NCBI GenBank assembly: GCA_045602025.1
Contig: JAZSAT010000038.1
Location: 36,157 to 100,156, forward strand
Direction of reading: 5' to 3'
DNA length: 64,000 bases
Source of the DNA: Eubacteriales bacterium
GTDB lineage: Bacteria; Bacillota; Clostridia; Oscillospirales; SIG627
Part shown: one piece after another, positions 26,179-36,105 of the stretch
How positions within the stretch are numbered: the first letter of the stretch is position 1
How the letters are laid out: each line of letters starts with the position of its first letter
Notes under the pieces: generated by a model
Told to the model about the DNA's origin: nothing
Seen by the model: the letters and a program-made list of their open reading frames with translations, nothing else
Database searches by the model: none
Program-made: the position numbers and the translations under genes

Positions 26179-27009
26179 TCACCTCATATTTTCTAAAATC
26201 TGTTTGATTTTTGTATCATCTGCCCAAACCGCCTTGGAATCATAGGGGCGATCGGGAAATTTACCGTAGCCAAGCTTGATCGCGTATCCGTTTTCTTTAA
26301 TAAATCTTTCCACTCTGTCGCAAAGCTTTTCGGGTTTACCGGAGCAAATATTGATAATACCGTTTATCTCGTCCTGCATGGCAGTGCAAGCAACCTGCAG
26401 GCAGAAATCATCGTAATCCACAAAGTCATACTGATTCTGGCCTGTGGTAAAAGGAAATTCCGCTTTTCCTTCCGCCTCGGCGGAGGTGATCTTGGAAAAA
26501 ATGGAATTGCCGAATTTGGAATTTCCAACAATGTAATAGCCTCTCAGCCACTGGAAGGTGATGTTCTTCTCAATGCAAAGCTGTTTGGTAAGCTTTCTCA
26601 AGGCATCCTTTGCAATACCGTAAAGGTTCTGAGGATGACAGGGGGTATCTTCCTTGATGCAGCCTTCAAAAAAGCCGATCTCGTGCATGGTGCCCATTAC
26701 CGCAAGTCTCTTTACACCCTTTTCTGCCATTTGGCAAAGGAATGCGTAATGCGCGGGAAGATCCTCAACATGACTTTTTGCGTTATGTACAAATCCGTCT
26801 CTCCAGGCAAGGTGAAGCACCGCATCGGGCTTGTCAAAATAGCTGTAAGGGTCTTCAACCGAAAAAAGATTACAAGCAAATGCCTTTGCTCTTTTGTCAA
26901 TGTGATCCACGGCAAAATCCGCTGCAAAAACCTGAGCACCTTTGTCACAAAGAGCTTTTACCACGCCTTGGCCAAGATAGCCGTTTGCGCCTGTCACAAG
27001 AATTTTCAT
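26179..27009 (-). CDS. NAD-dependent epimerase/dehydratase family SDR (candidate dTDP-4-keto-6-deoxyhexose reductase, 276 aa)
   Basis: It contains [13 protein letters not shown] and a catalytic YGIAK. It is not a canonical RmlD because the STDYVF block is absent. Confidence 0.65.
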   Translation of the reverse strand: MKILVTGANGYLGQGVVKALCDKGAQVFAADFAVDHIDKRAKAFACNLFSVEDPYSYFDKPDAVLHLAWRDGFVHNAKSHVEDLPAHYAFLCQMAEKGVKRLAVMGTMHEIGFFEGCIKEDTPCHPQNLYGIAKDALRKLTKQLCIEKNITFQWLRGYYIVGNSKFGNSIFSKITSAEAEGKAEFPFTTGQNQYDFVDYDDFCLQVACTAMQDEINGIINICSGKPEKLCDRVERFIKENGYAIKLGYGKFPDRPYDSKAVWADDTKIKQILENMR

Positions 27010-27031
27010 TGTCGAAATTTCCTTTCTGAAA

Positions 27032-28558
27032 TTACTTTTTCTTTACTTTTTTCAGCAATAGATTCTTTGCGTAGCCGAAAAGTGCCACAAACTCTTTTCT
27101 TTCAAAAAGAAGCACATATACAAGAAGGATAAGAACGGTTCCCACACCGCAAACGACTGCCTGCAGGATCCAGGAAACCCAGCTTCCGGAATAGCCATTT
27201 CCGTAAACCAAGGTGGAAAGGAGAACAGATGCGGCAACCATCATAACGACCACCGCCATACGCCTTAAGAAGGAGCCGATCTTCAGCCAAGCCACTTTCT
27301 TCTTCGCAACGATCATGCGGTAAATAAGAGAAGAAACATAGTAGAATACAGGTCCTGCCATAACAAGAGGCCAATAAACAGATCCCAAAAAAACTGCTAA
27401 GATCACGGAAATGACCGCCGAGATGATAGCCTGAAGATATGTCTCCTTGAAAAGACCGTGTACATTGGTAAGGGTATAGGTAGGCATATACATGCAGTAG
27501 AAAACATCGTACGCCACAATCAGTACTGCAAGAATGGGGTAAAGGTAATTCACATCAAGCCCATTCCCGTCGGTATAAAGGAAAATAAAGGGCATAAAGA
27601 GGAAGGAAGCACAGCTGCAAAGAACCGATGCCAAAACAAAGAAGGCAAATTCCATCAGGTTGTAAACGGACTTTACTCTTTCTTCCTTTTCAGATACCAC
27701 AAGATTTCCGAAGATCTCGGAAATAGAAAGCTGTACCGTTCTCACGACCATTTTGATCATATTCTGCACCAGGTTATATACCGCATAAACACTGGCAGAG
27801 GAAAGACCGGCAATGGAGGTGATCATCACACTGGGCATCGCATCCACCCCTTGGGTGGCGATCTGGTTGCATAAAAGATACCCTTTGTTCTGGATCTTAA
27901 AGCTGTTATCCTTTTCCACAGGTACAAGAAGGGGCTTAAACTCCTTGCGGTAAATGGCATAAAGGATCAGGATCTTCAGAACGGTTCCCAAAAGGGTCGC
28001 CACATACATCCAAACAAAGTGAAGCTTTAAGAAGATAATGCCAAAGATCATGGCATAGTAAAAAAGTCTTTCCGCAATACCCGCCGCAGATATGACAAAT
28101 CTCTTTTGGTGGGAAGAAAACAAAATATCAAACCAGGATGTGAAGAAGAAGTAGAAGGAGCCGTTCAGTCCCAGAAGAATAAAGGCAAAGGCCTTTTCCC
28201 AAAGGGCAATTTCCGATTCTACACCCGCACTCATAAAGGGAGTGATCACAAAAACAAGGAGCAAAAAGATCAGACCGATCTTTCTGAAATACCTTTTCGA
28301 GGAATCGATCACACGGCTGACCTGCAGGTAGTCCTTATCAGCCACAGGCTTATACATCTGGAAAATGGACGCGCCTACCGCTCCCGCCTGCAACAGGTTC
28401 AGAATCGACAAAACATGGGTCACGGTAGAAGTAAGTCCGTTTACCTCCGAACCGTAGGTTTCAATGATCAGCCTCGGCACCACAAGGCCGAAGAGGATCA
28501 GCATCACCTCATAAAGAAGCGACATGATCACATTTTTTAATGCACTAAGAGAACGCAT
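27032..28558 (-). CDS. Polysaccharide flippase (Wzx/MOP superfamily, 508 aa)
   Basis: It has about 14 TM helices and sits in the typical position within a Wzy-dependent locus. Confidence 0.7.
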   Translation of the reverse strand: MRSLSALKNVIMSLLYEVMLILFGLVVPRLIIETYGSEVNGLTSTVTHVLSILNLLQAGAVGASIFQMYKPVADKDYLQVSRVIDSSKRYFRKIGLIFLLLVFVITPFMSAGVESEIALWEKAFAFILLGLNGSFYFFFTSWFDILFSSHQKRFVISAAGIAERLFYYAMIFGIIFLKLHFVWMYVATLLGTVLKILILYAIYRKEFKPLLVPVEKDNSFKIQNKGYLLCNQIATQGVDAMPSVMITSIAGLSSASVYAVYNLVQNMIKMVVRTVQLSISEIFGNLVVSEKEERVKSVYNLMEFAFFVLASVLCSCASFLFMPFIFLYTDGNGLDVNYLYPILAVLIVAYDVFYCMYMPTYTLTNVHGLFKETYLQAIISAVISVILAVFLGSVYWPLVMAGPVFYYVSSLIYRMIVAKKKVAWLKIGSFLRRMAVVVMMVAASVLLSTLVYGNGYSGSWVSWILQAVVCGVGTVLILLVYVLLFERKEFVALFGYAKNLLLKKVKKK

Positions 28559-28572
28559 AAATTACCTCAAAA

Positions 28573-29895
28573 TCATTCCTTTTCCGTTTCTTTTTCTTCC
28601 TCTTGCAGGGCAAGGTTGGAAGCACCGCCTAAAAGCACACAAAGATAGAAAAATTTGCATACGGCATACCGCTGATAAATGGAAAGGAGAAATACAATAA
28701 GAAGCACCAGAATATACCGCTTCTTGATTCCCTTGACCCCTTTATACTTGATCAGGGTCACAAAAATAAAGGTAAGACCCATGATCACCAGTGCAAGAAC
28801 ACCGTAGTTATAAATAAACTCCTTGATGGAGTGCGTTTTCTGCCAAATGGTTCTGTTGGTGCCGGGCACCTTTCGGTTGTCCTCGCCGTAACCGAAGAGC
28901 ACATTTTTCGTACCGCTTTCTGCCCAGTTTTCATAAGCGGCAACCGCATATTCTTCCGTCATTCGGTTATCACCGGCAAGACCGTCTTCGGTAATGACAA
29001 GTCTTTCCTGCACCTCAGCCAAGGGAGAAGAAGCAGGCAAAGGAAGCGCTAAAAATACAAAGTACCCAACCACCGTAAGACCAACGGCCACCATACCGGA
29101 AATAAGACCTCTTTTGGTATTGGATGCCATGACCTTCTTTAACAAAAGGCCTAAGATCAACAGCACATAAAATGCTACAGAGAAGGTGAAAATACAGGCT
29201 ATGAGGATCACTGCATTTTCCCACTTTTTCAGATTGAATTTATCCCCTAAAAGATACAGAGCACCAAGGGTTCCTACAAAGCCGGGCTCTCGGAAAAGAC
29301 CGCAAAGACGGGGGAGCTCGCCGCTTGCATTCTCAAGCATGACCGCAAGGCCCATATAAAGGCGATAGGCTTGTCCCGCTTCCAGTTTTCCCATATCCGC
29401 GTCCAAGTGAACGGACGGAACCGGAAAGCCTACAAGAGACAACACGAAAATAATGATCGCAGGAATGAGTGTTATCGCAAAGATCTTTTTACTGTAAATA
29501 TACACCTTTTGCAAAGAGATGTGATCCTGCAGGGAAAAAAACATCAAGCCAACATGGATCAAGATCATTGCCACATTAAAGGGCTGCGCCGTATGGGTCA
29601 CAATACCGGAAAAGAACATCTGATACAGGATCAATACCACAAACCCTACCGAAGCTACCACAAGAGAAAGGGGTACCTTTTTATCCTCCCGCAGATCAGG
29701 AATTCCTCCCACGGTAAAACGCTTTGTGACAGTTAAGAACACCATTTCCAGCGTCGTTACAAGGATCATACCGGTATAAAGTGTATAACCAAGGGAAGAG
29801 ATATGCGACCAGGTAAAATAGGGCTGCATATCAAGAAACACAAGGAGGATCATCAAAAAGCTTGTGATCCTTGCACCGGTCAATTTTACATTCAT
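28573..29895 (-). CDS. O-antigen polymerase/ligase-like membrane protein (Wzy candidate, 440 aa)
   Basis: It has 10 or more TM helices with one larger loop, and lies next to wzx. Confidence 0.55.
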   Translation of the reverse strand: MNVKLTGARITSFLMILLVFLDMQPYFTWSHISSLGYTLYTGMILVTTLEMVFLTVTKRFTVGGIPDLREDKKVPLSLVVASVGFVVLILYQMFFSGIVTHTAQPFNVAMILIHVGLMFFSLQDHISLQKVYIYSKKIFAITLIPAIIIFVLSLVGFPVPSVHLDADMGKLEAGQAYRLYMGLAVMLENASGELPRLCGLFREPGFVGTLGALYLLGDKFNLKKWENAVILIACIFTFSVAFYVLLILGLLLKKVMASNTKRGLISGMVAVGLTVVGYFVFLALPLPASSPLAEVQERLVITEDGLAGDNRMTEEYAVAAYENWAESGTKNVLFGYGEDNRKVPGTNRTIWQKTHSIKEFIYNYGVLALVIMGLTFIFVTLIKYKGVKGIKKRYILVLLIVFLLSIYQRYAVCKFFYLCVLLGGASNLALQEEEKETEKE

Positions 29896-29926
29896 AAAAA
29901 TACCTCAAATCCAAACAGAGGGAAAA

Positions 29927-30919
29927 TTAAATTCTCTCGTCAATATACTCCAGCATCTTAATGGGAGAAAGTTTTTCCTTCCAGCCGTAGTCTGCCTCGA
30001 TGGGCTCTCGCAGTACAAAATCCGCATCCAGATCCTCTGCCTTTTCAAACACAGAGATACGGTCGGGATGGAAAAAGGGAGCGTCACAGATCTCGGGATT
30101 GTTTGTAATCAACTTTTTATCGTACATGATCACTTCACAAAAGCGAAGGGTATAGCCTCTGCCGCCGCCCTGCATAATTTCAAGAAGACACTTTGTCTTT
30201 TTGATATGCTTTAAGTTTTCCACATAAGGAATCTGCGTGCCGTAGGTGATCTCATCTGCATATTTTTGATCCTCGGGCTTTACTCCGGTAAGATAAAAAT
30301 CGCATTTCAGTCCCGCATCGCGAAACTTCTCAAAAGCAGTTAAGATCTCAGGCAACCTGTCTTTTGCTTTTCCTACAAAATATACATCACTCTCGGGAAT
30401 GCTGTCATCCTCCGGCACATCATAAGGAGAATACACCAGGGGATAATAATGCATGCCGTACTCTTTTGCCTCTGCATGGTCAAAAGAAAGAGCAATATCT
30501 ACATCATTTAAAAGAGCCTTGATTCCACCGGGGTACATATATTGGGGATAATCCCGAAACAGCACCGAAATCAGATCCTGAAAAACAACCGCGATCTTGC
30601 AATCGGGATATTTTTTTCTAAGATATGGAATAATTCCATTCTGAAGCCATCTGGACCAGGGATAAAAAACAAAGCACAAGGGCTTCTTTTCCGGGAAAGT
30701 GCCACGGAACATCATTCTGTTCCACACGCCTTGTCCGGGAAGTTTAAAAAAACGATTGGTTTTAGGAGAAGTATGAAGCTGATACAGCTTTGTCAAAATC
30801 TTGCTGTCGGAATCAATTCTGGTGCAAATATATTTCGCCCAATCCACCTTTTTCAAATCGCTGAAAGGGATCCGCATAAAATCCGCGTTGTTTCCAAAAT
30901 AAACGTAATTATACTTCAC
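29927..30919 (-). CDS. Hypothetical polysaccharide-locus protein (possible GT-B-like transferase, 330 aa)
   Basis: It is soluble. I recognise no family with confidence. The C-terminal half DVYFVGKAKDRL...LEIMQGGGRGYTLR is reminiscent of capsule polymerising/transferase proteins. Confidence 0.35.
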   Translation of the reverse strand: MKYNYVYFGNNADFMRIPFSDLKKVDWAKYICTRIDSDSKILTKLYQLHTSPKTNRFFKLPGQGVWNRMMFRGTFPEKKPLCFVFYPWSRWLQNGIIPYLRKKYPDCKIAVVFQDLISVLFRDYPQYMYPGGIKALLNDVDIALSFDHAEAKEYGMHYYPLVYSPYDVPEDDSIPESDVYFVGKAKDRLPEILTAFEKFRDAGLKCDFYLTGVKPEDQKYADEITYGTQIPYVENLKHIKKTKCLLEIMQGGGRGYTLRFCEVIMYDKKLITNNPEICDAPFFHPDRISVFEKAEDLDADFVLREPIEADYGWKEKLSPIKMLEYIDERI

Positions 30920-30931
30920 TTTTTTCCTCTT

Positions 30932-31507
30932 TCATTTCTCTTTTGCTGTCATTTTCAAGACTTCGTCTTTTTTATTCGTCAGATAATTATGTAAGTCAAA
31001 TTCGGGCATTCCTGCCATAAATTTTTCTTCCCATTCCTCTACCGAGCAAATTCTCTTTGCCGGAACACCGGCATATACACCGCCGGAAGGAAGATCTTTA
31101 TTGACAACCGTACAAGCTCCTACGATAACATTGTCACCAATGGTAACGCCGCGCAAGATCGTGCAGCGAGTGCCAATGTATACATTGTTTCCTACGGTAA
31201 TCCTGCCATAGCCAAAGGTATATTTATATTTTTCCGGATCTTTTCCCTTCAGAACCCAGTGAGCCCCTTCATGAGTAATAAACTGTGTGCCCGCACCGGC
31301 AAGCATTACATGATCTCCCAAGGTCACAAGGTAAGGTTCTGAACCGAAAGAGGGTCTTCCCAAAAGCTGACACTTTTTGCCGATTTTGACCCCTAATTTC
31401 TTCGCATATTTTTCATAAGAAACATAGGAGATCAACAAAAGATAAATTTTTTTGAAAATCCCGAAGAACTTCTTTATTTTTTTCTTCATATTCGGCTCCT
31501 TCATCAA
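30932..31507 (-). CDS. Hexapeptide-repeat O-acetyltransferase (191 aa)
   Basis: It has left-handed beta-helix repeats (GNNVYIGTRCTILRGVTIGDNVIVGACTVV). The start is ambiguous between 31507 and 31489. Confidence 0.75.
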   Translation of the reverse strand: MMKEPNMKKKIKKFFGIFKKIYLLLISYVSYEKYAKKLGVKIGKKCQLLGRPSFGSEPYLVTLGDHVMLAGAGTQFITHEGAHWVLKGKDPEKYKYTFGYGRITVGNNVYIGTRCTILRGVTIGDNVIVGACTVVNKDLPSGGVYAGVPAKRICSVEEWEEKFMAGMPEFDLHNYLTNKKDEVLKMTAKEK

Positions 31508-31514
31508 AAATGCT

Positions 31515-32585
31515 CTATTTCTTAATTATAAATGCTTCCCACTCCCCATAAATCTTTTCGGGAGCAAGGTCGTTTTGCAATTTTCTTGCATTTTTGGAAA
31601 TTTTATCGGCAAATTCTGCATCGGAAAGGATCTTTCTCATAGCCTCCGCCATTCTTTCTTCATCCTTTTGGGGAACAAGAAGACCGTTTTCTCCGTCCTT
31701 TATGAGAAATCTGGCTCCGCCCCCACCGCAATCGGTGGAAACAGAAGGTACGCCGCTTGCCATTGCCTCCATCAGGGCATTGGGCATTCCTTCAAAATCG
31801 GAGGAAAGCACAAACATCCCTGCCTTTTCAAGCACCTCGGGCATATTAGGAACATATCCGGGAAACTCTACCCGGTCTCCAACCCCTTTTTCCTTGGCCA
31901 GGTTCTGCAAGGATTCCAAAAGAGTACCCTTACCGTAAATACATAGCTTGTATTCGGGAAATTCCTTTGCGATCTTCGCAAAAGAGGAAATCAGCAAGGA
32001 GAAATTCTTCTGTCCGTTCAATCTTCCCGCACCGATGATCACCTTTTCCCTCTCGCCCTCATAAGCGGGACGGAGGAACACAGGGTTAATGGCATTGGGG
32101 ATCACTTTGTTTTCTGCCTTTTTCAAAAAGGGCAGATACCAGCTTTTTGCCACCTCAGTTTGGAAAACCACCCTATCAGCGCGGCAAATAAGCTTTGACA
32201 ACAAAAGCTTCATCAGTTTTGAATTTTTTTCGGGATCTCCCCGTTCAGAAACCACAATTCTTCCCTTGATGTTTTTTCTCAAAAGAAGAAGCATTACCGT
32301 AGTCAAAGGGAGAAAGACCACATAATGATCGTCAGCATTTTTCTTTACATAAGCCTTCAATCTTTTCATACAATGGAGAAGATTGTAAACGGAATTTTTT
32401 CTCTCCTTATCGTAAAGAAGAATATATCTTCCGATCTTGGGATTGGGGTCATAAAAACCTTCCGTCTCCACATTGGTAATAATCGTAACCTCGTGCCCCT
32501 TTTCGGTCAAAAAATTGGCAAGATTACAAAGAACTCTTTCTGCACCGCCGCCGGTGAGACTTCCGATAAACATTGAAATCTTCAT
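31515..32585 (-). CDS. Family 4 glycosyltransferase (356 aa)
   Basis: I use the start MKISMFIGSLTGGGAERV. The C-terminal EGMPNALMEAMASGVPSVSTD is the GT4 E-x7-E region. Confidence 0.8.
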   Translation of the reverse strand: MKISMFIGSLTGGGAERVLCNLANFLTEKGHEVTIITNVETEGFYDPNPKIGRYILLYDKERKNSVYNLLHCMKRLKAYVKKNADDHYVVFLPLTTVMLLLLRKNIKGRIVVSERGDPEKNSKLMKLLLSKLICRADRVVFQTEVAKSWYLPFLKKAENKVIPNAINPVFLRPAYEGEREKVIIGAGRLNGQKNFSLLISSFAKIAKEFPEYKLCIYGKGTLLESLQNLAKEKGVGDRVEFPGYVPNMPEVLEKAGMFVLSSDFEGMPNALMEAMASGVPSVSTDCGGGGARFLIKDGENGLLVPQKDEERMAEAMRKILSDAEFADKISKNARKLQNDLAPEKIYGEWEAFIIKK

Positions 32586-32587
32586 TT

Positions 32588-33172
32588 TCATTCCTCTTCG
32601 GATTTCTTTTTGTTCCAAGTACCTGATCCATTGTCACTGATCTTTTTGGCGGGCACTCCCGCAATGGCAATATTATCCTCCTCAAAGGACTTTGTCACTA
32701 CTGCATTGGCTCCAACAGCAATGCCGTTTCCTAAAGTAACGGAACCAACCACTACCGCGCCCACTCCGATCACATTTCTGCTTCCGATTACAGGTGTTCC
32801 CGTATCTCTTCCACCGGAAACAATTGACACATTTACATGAATAGAACAGTCTTCACCAAGATCTCCGTTTGTAAGAATAGATCCAAGATGCATGATCTTA
32901 AGACCCCTGCCGCAGCTGTTCAATTTCACCTTCATTCCGTAACGAAACTGAAGTCGGTGCAGCAAAATGCGGCTGATCAAATAGCGGATCTTGTGGTGAG
33001 TGTTGCTGTGATACTCCGTCGTGCGAAGTCTTTTCTGATACTTCCAGATAGCATCCTGTTCCGTCAAAAGGCCCAGGAAGTACAAAGGCGTTACTCTTTT
33101 GTATTTGCTTTTCTCATATTTCAGCCAATCCTTCAGATCGGCACGGTTTTCAATCGTTTTATGAAGTGCCAT
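32588..33172 (-). CDS. Serine-acetyltransferase-like hexapeptide acyltransferase (194 aa)
   Basis: It contains hexapeptide repeats GSRNVIGVGAVVVGSVTLGNGIAVGANAVV. Confidence 0.7.
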   Translation of the reverse strand: MALHKTIENRADLKDWLKYEKSKYKRVTPLYFLGLLTEQDAIWKYQKRLRTTEYHSNTHHKIRYLISRILLHRLQFRYGMKVKLNSCGRGLKIMHLGSILTNGDLGEDCSIHVNVSIVSGGRDTGTPVIGSRNVIGVGAVVVGSVTLGNGIAVGANAVVTKSFEEDNIAIAGVPAKKISDNGSGTWNKKKSEEE

Positions 33173-33196
33173 AGGCAGCTCCTTTTTTATATTTTC

Positions 33197-34072
33197 TTAC
33201 TTCTTTTCCGGAAGCTTGATCCAGCTTCCGAAGGTATAATCCCACTCAACGGGATCAAAGGGCTTTGTTCCGCCCCAATGGAAAAAGGTCACTTCGCCAA
33301 AGTAGGTCTTGCCGTTTACCTCGTAAAAGTCAATTCTCGCCTGAGGCAGATCCTTGGAAAGAATTGCCGCAAGAGACTTCATTTCCTCAAAGTTTTCAGG
33401 CTTTTCGGGAGGAACCTTAGCGTTTGGATGGCCGTTTGTAAAGGGAAGATGGTTAAAGTTTTCATCGAAAAAGTCAAACTTTGTCTCTTCCGTTTCACTT
33501 GCTCTCTCGGATGCAATAAACATCGCCTTTACTTCCCCGCGGAATGCGAAGAACTTATAGTCTCTCAATTCCGCTGTCTTTTCGTCTTCCATATAGGCCT
33601 CTGCAATAATGCGAGGCACAACATTTTTATAGGGCCACTCCCGGGAAACATCGTAAGGATTGCGGGAAAGGCACATCTTAAACATCTTCCTTGCCGCTTC
33701 CTTATCCAGCTTTGCCTTATCACGGCAAATGATAAGACCGCCCGAGTCGTGGGTGCATTTTAAAACGAACTGATCGGGAAGAGAATCAAAATCGATCTGA
33801 TCGAAATTGTCCCAAACACCCAGCGTGGGGATAATGTATTCCTCGCCGATCTTTTCCGCAACATATTTTTTCACCTCATATTTATCTACCAATGTAGTAT
33901 AAAGAGGGTTTTTGTCATACACCTTCAGCCACTGAAGCTTCTGACTGTAGGTTTTGGGATTTTTCCAATCCATGGGATAACCCATTTTCTTCTTGAATCG
34001 GTAAGAGATCCACATTTTGGAAGGAATGAAAGCGACGATCTTTTTACCGATCTCTTTTACTGTCTGATTCAT
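33197..34072 (-). CDS. TupA-like ATP-grasp amidoligase family protein (291 aa)
   Basis: Family blocks present are KLQWLKVYD, LKCTHDSGGLIICRD, DYKFFAFRGEVKAMF and RIDFYEVNGKTYFGEVTFFHWGG. Confidence 0.7.
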   Translation of the reverse strand: MNQTVKEIGKKIVAFIPSKMWISYRFKKKMGYPMDWKNPKTYSQKLQWLKVYDKNPLYTTLVDKYEVKKYVAEKIGEEYIIPTLGVWDNFDQIDFDSLPDQFVLKCTHDSGGLIICRDKAKLDKEAARKMFKMCLSRNPYDVSREWPYKNVVPRIIAEAYMEDEKTAELRDYKFFAFRGEVKAMFIASERASETEETKFDFFDENFNHLPFTNGHPNAKVPPEKPENFEEMKSLAAILSKDLPQARIDFYEVNGKTYFGEVTFFHWGGTKPFDPVEWDYTFGSWIKLPEKK

Positions 34073-34084
34073 TTTGCACCTCTT

Positions 34085-35176
34085 TTATGCCCGAAGGTCT
34101 AATACATCAAACCACATTTCCATCACATTTTTTTCGGAAAGGGTCTCCAAGAGCTTTCTGTTTGCAAGGCTCTTATTCTCCCACTCTTCTTTTTCGGAAA
34201 GCATCTTCTTCATTGCAGAAAGAAGGGCTTCTTCGTCACCAACAGGGATCACAATACCGTTTTCCTCTTTTACGATATCTCCTGCCACACCGGTGGAAAA
34301 ATCGGTAGAGATCACGGGAAGTCCCGTTGCCATTGCTTCCGCAAGGGCATTGGGAAAGCCTTCGTAGTTGGAGCTCATTACATAAAGGGCCACATCGGAA
34401 ATAAAGTACATTACATTTTTCTTCACACCCATGAGCTTCGCTCTGCCTGCAAGTCCTTTTTCCTCAATGAGAGCATTCAGCTTTTCTTCCAGAGGGCCGC
34501 CGCCGTAAATCTCGAGGGTGTAATCGGAAAATTCTTCGGGAAGGCGGGAAAAGGCACGGATCAGCATTTCAAAATTCTTCTGTCCGGAAAGTCTTCCCAC
34601 ACCTACAACCGTGTGTCTTCTCTCCCCTTCAAAGCGAGGAGGAATGGCACTTGCCGCAATGGGATTTGGGATCACCACCATCTTTTTTCTGTGCTCTTCC
34701 TTGAAAAACTCCATTACCTTTTTGCTTTGGCAAACGGTAATATCTGCCTTGTGGTAAAAGTGCTTTTCAAAGAAGCGATCGCCAAAGCCACGCTCCGCAG
34801 GGTCACAGCGTTCCGACACCACAAGTCGGAATTTGCCGCCGAACATTTTCAGTAGAATCGCCATCATATTGGCGGATTGGAGGAAAGACAGCACCACATC
34901 GGGCTTATCCTCCCGGATCTTTCTTCTCAGGGCAAAAAAGGTCTTGATACCGCCAAGTGCCATGGAGCAAAGAAGCGTCAGTTTGTTCTTGCGGTTCACA
35001 TTCTGACCGAGACCTGTGATCTTCACCCTCTCATCAAGAGCGTAAAAGCTTTCTGCATCGGTCATGGTTACGATCTGAACCTCGTTATCTGCACAAAGGT
35101 TGTTGGCAATGGTCGCCATCACGCGCTCTGCGCCGCCGTTTCCCATTCTCGGGATGAGAAGAAGACATTTTTTCAT
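34085..35176 (-). CDS. Family 4 glycosyltransferase (363 aa)
   Basis: It contains PRMGNGGAERV and EGFPNALAEAMATGLPVISTD. Confidence 0.8.
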   Translation of the reverse strand: MKKCLLLIPRMGNGGAERVMATIANNLCADNEVQIVTMTDAESFYALDERVKITGLGQNVNRKNKLTLLCSMALGGIKTFFALRRKIREDKPDVVLSFLQSANMMAILLKMFGGKFRLVVSERCDPAERGFGDRFFEKHFYHKADITVCQSKKVMEFFKEEHRKKMVVIPNPIAASAIPPRFEGERRHTVVGVGRLSGQKNFEMLIRAFSRLPEEFSDYTLEIYGGGPLEEKLNALIEEKGLAGRAKLMGVKKNVMYFISDVALYVMSSNYEGFPNALAEAMATGLPVISTDFSTGVAGDIVKEENGIVIPVGDEEALLSAMKKMLSEKEEWENKSLANRKLLETLSEKNVMEMWFDVLDLRA

Positions 35177-35198
35177 TTTTCTTATCCTTTATGACAAA

Positions 35199-36098
35199 TT
35201 ATTCCTTTGTTACGGGAGGGAGCTTAAAGTAAGAGCCAAGCTCAAAGTCAACAGAATCGGGCGTAAACTGCACGCAGCCGCTCCAGGGATAGAAGGTAAG
35301 CTCACCCACATATACCTTTTGGTTTACACTGTAAAAGTCCACTCTGACAAAGGGGAAATCCTTTGCAAGATCCTTTGCGATCTCCATCATTCTGTCAAGA
35401 CCGTAGGGTTTTTCGATGACCTTGTCGGATTTGGTGCGGTTGCTGGTGATGTCAAGAACATTCCAATCCATATCAAAGAAGGCTCTCTTGTGATCGGTTC
35501 CGCGGTCTACATCCACCCAAAGCACCTTCGGCTCGCCGTTGAAGCAAAGGAATTTGTAGTCATTCAGGGAATCCTTCTGTGTACCGTCGTGAGAAACGAG
35601 AAGCTCCTCCACAACGATCTTCGGCTCAATATTTTCATAAGCCCATTCTCTGCCCGCGGAAATGGTTTTTACCTTTTTCCAGGTAGAAGCCTCAGCACGA
35701 ACCTTTTCCAGGTCCATCTCTGCCTTGTTCTTAATAAAAATATTGGTACCGGAGCTGTTGTTGCACTTAATGGCAAAGGATTCGGGAAGGGTATCAAAAT
35801 TGATCTCTTCGAAATTGTCGCATACCTGATAAAGCTCGGGAGAGCACTCCTCATATCCCTTGTCCTTCAGGTAAAAGCGGATCTTATACTTATCCGCGCA
35901 CTGGGTCATAAGGGGCGTGCGGTAATTGAGCTTGTACCACTGAAGCTTTTCCGTGAAACGCTTCGGGTCCTTGAGGTTTGGAAATCTGCCGAGGCTTGCA
36001 TAATACTGCAATCTCACCACAAGCTTATCGGGGAGAATGTCAAGAACCTTATAAAGACTTCTTCTTGTTTTTTTACTCAGATGATCCTTAATACTCAT
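35199..36098 (-). CDS. TupA-like ATP-grasp amidoligase family protein, second paralog (299 aa)
   Basis: It has the same blocks as 33197..34072 but diverged: KLQWYKLNY, IKCNNSSGTNIFIKN, DYKFLCFNGEPKVLW and RVDFYSVNQKVYVGELTFYPWSG. Confidence 0.7.
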   Translation of the reverse strand: MSIKDHLSKKTRRSLYKVLDILPDKLVVRLQYYASLGRFPNLKDPKRFTEKLQWYKLNYRTPLMTQCADKYKIRFYLKDKGYEECSPELYQVCDNFEEINFDTLPESFAIKCNNSSGTNIFIKNKAEMDLEKVRAEASTWKKVKTISAGREWAYENIEPKIVVEELLVSHDGTQKDSLNDYKFLCFNGEPKVLWVDVDRGTDHKRAFFDMDWNVLDITSNRTKSDKVIEKPYGLDRMMEIAKDLAKDFPFVRVDFYSVNQKVYVGELTFYPWSGCVQFTPDSVDFELGSYFKLPPVTKE

Positions 36099-36105
36099 TT
36101 TCTTC

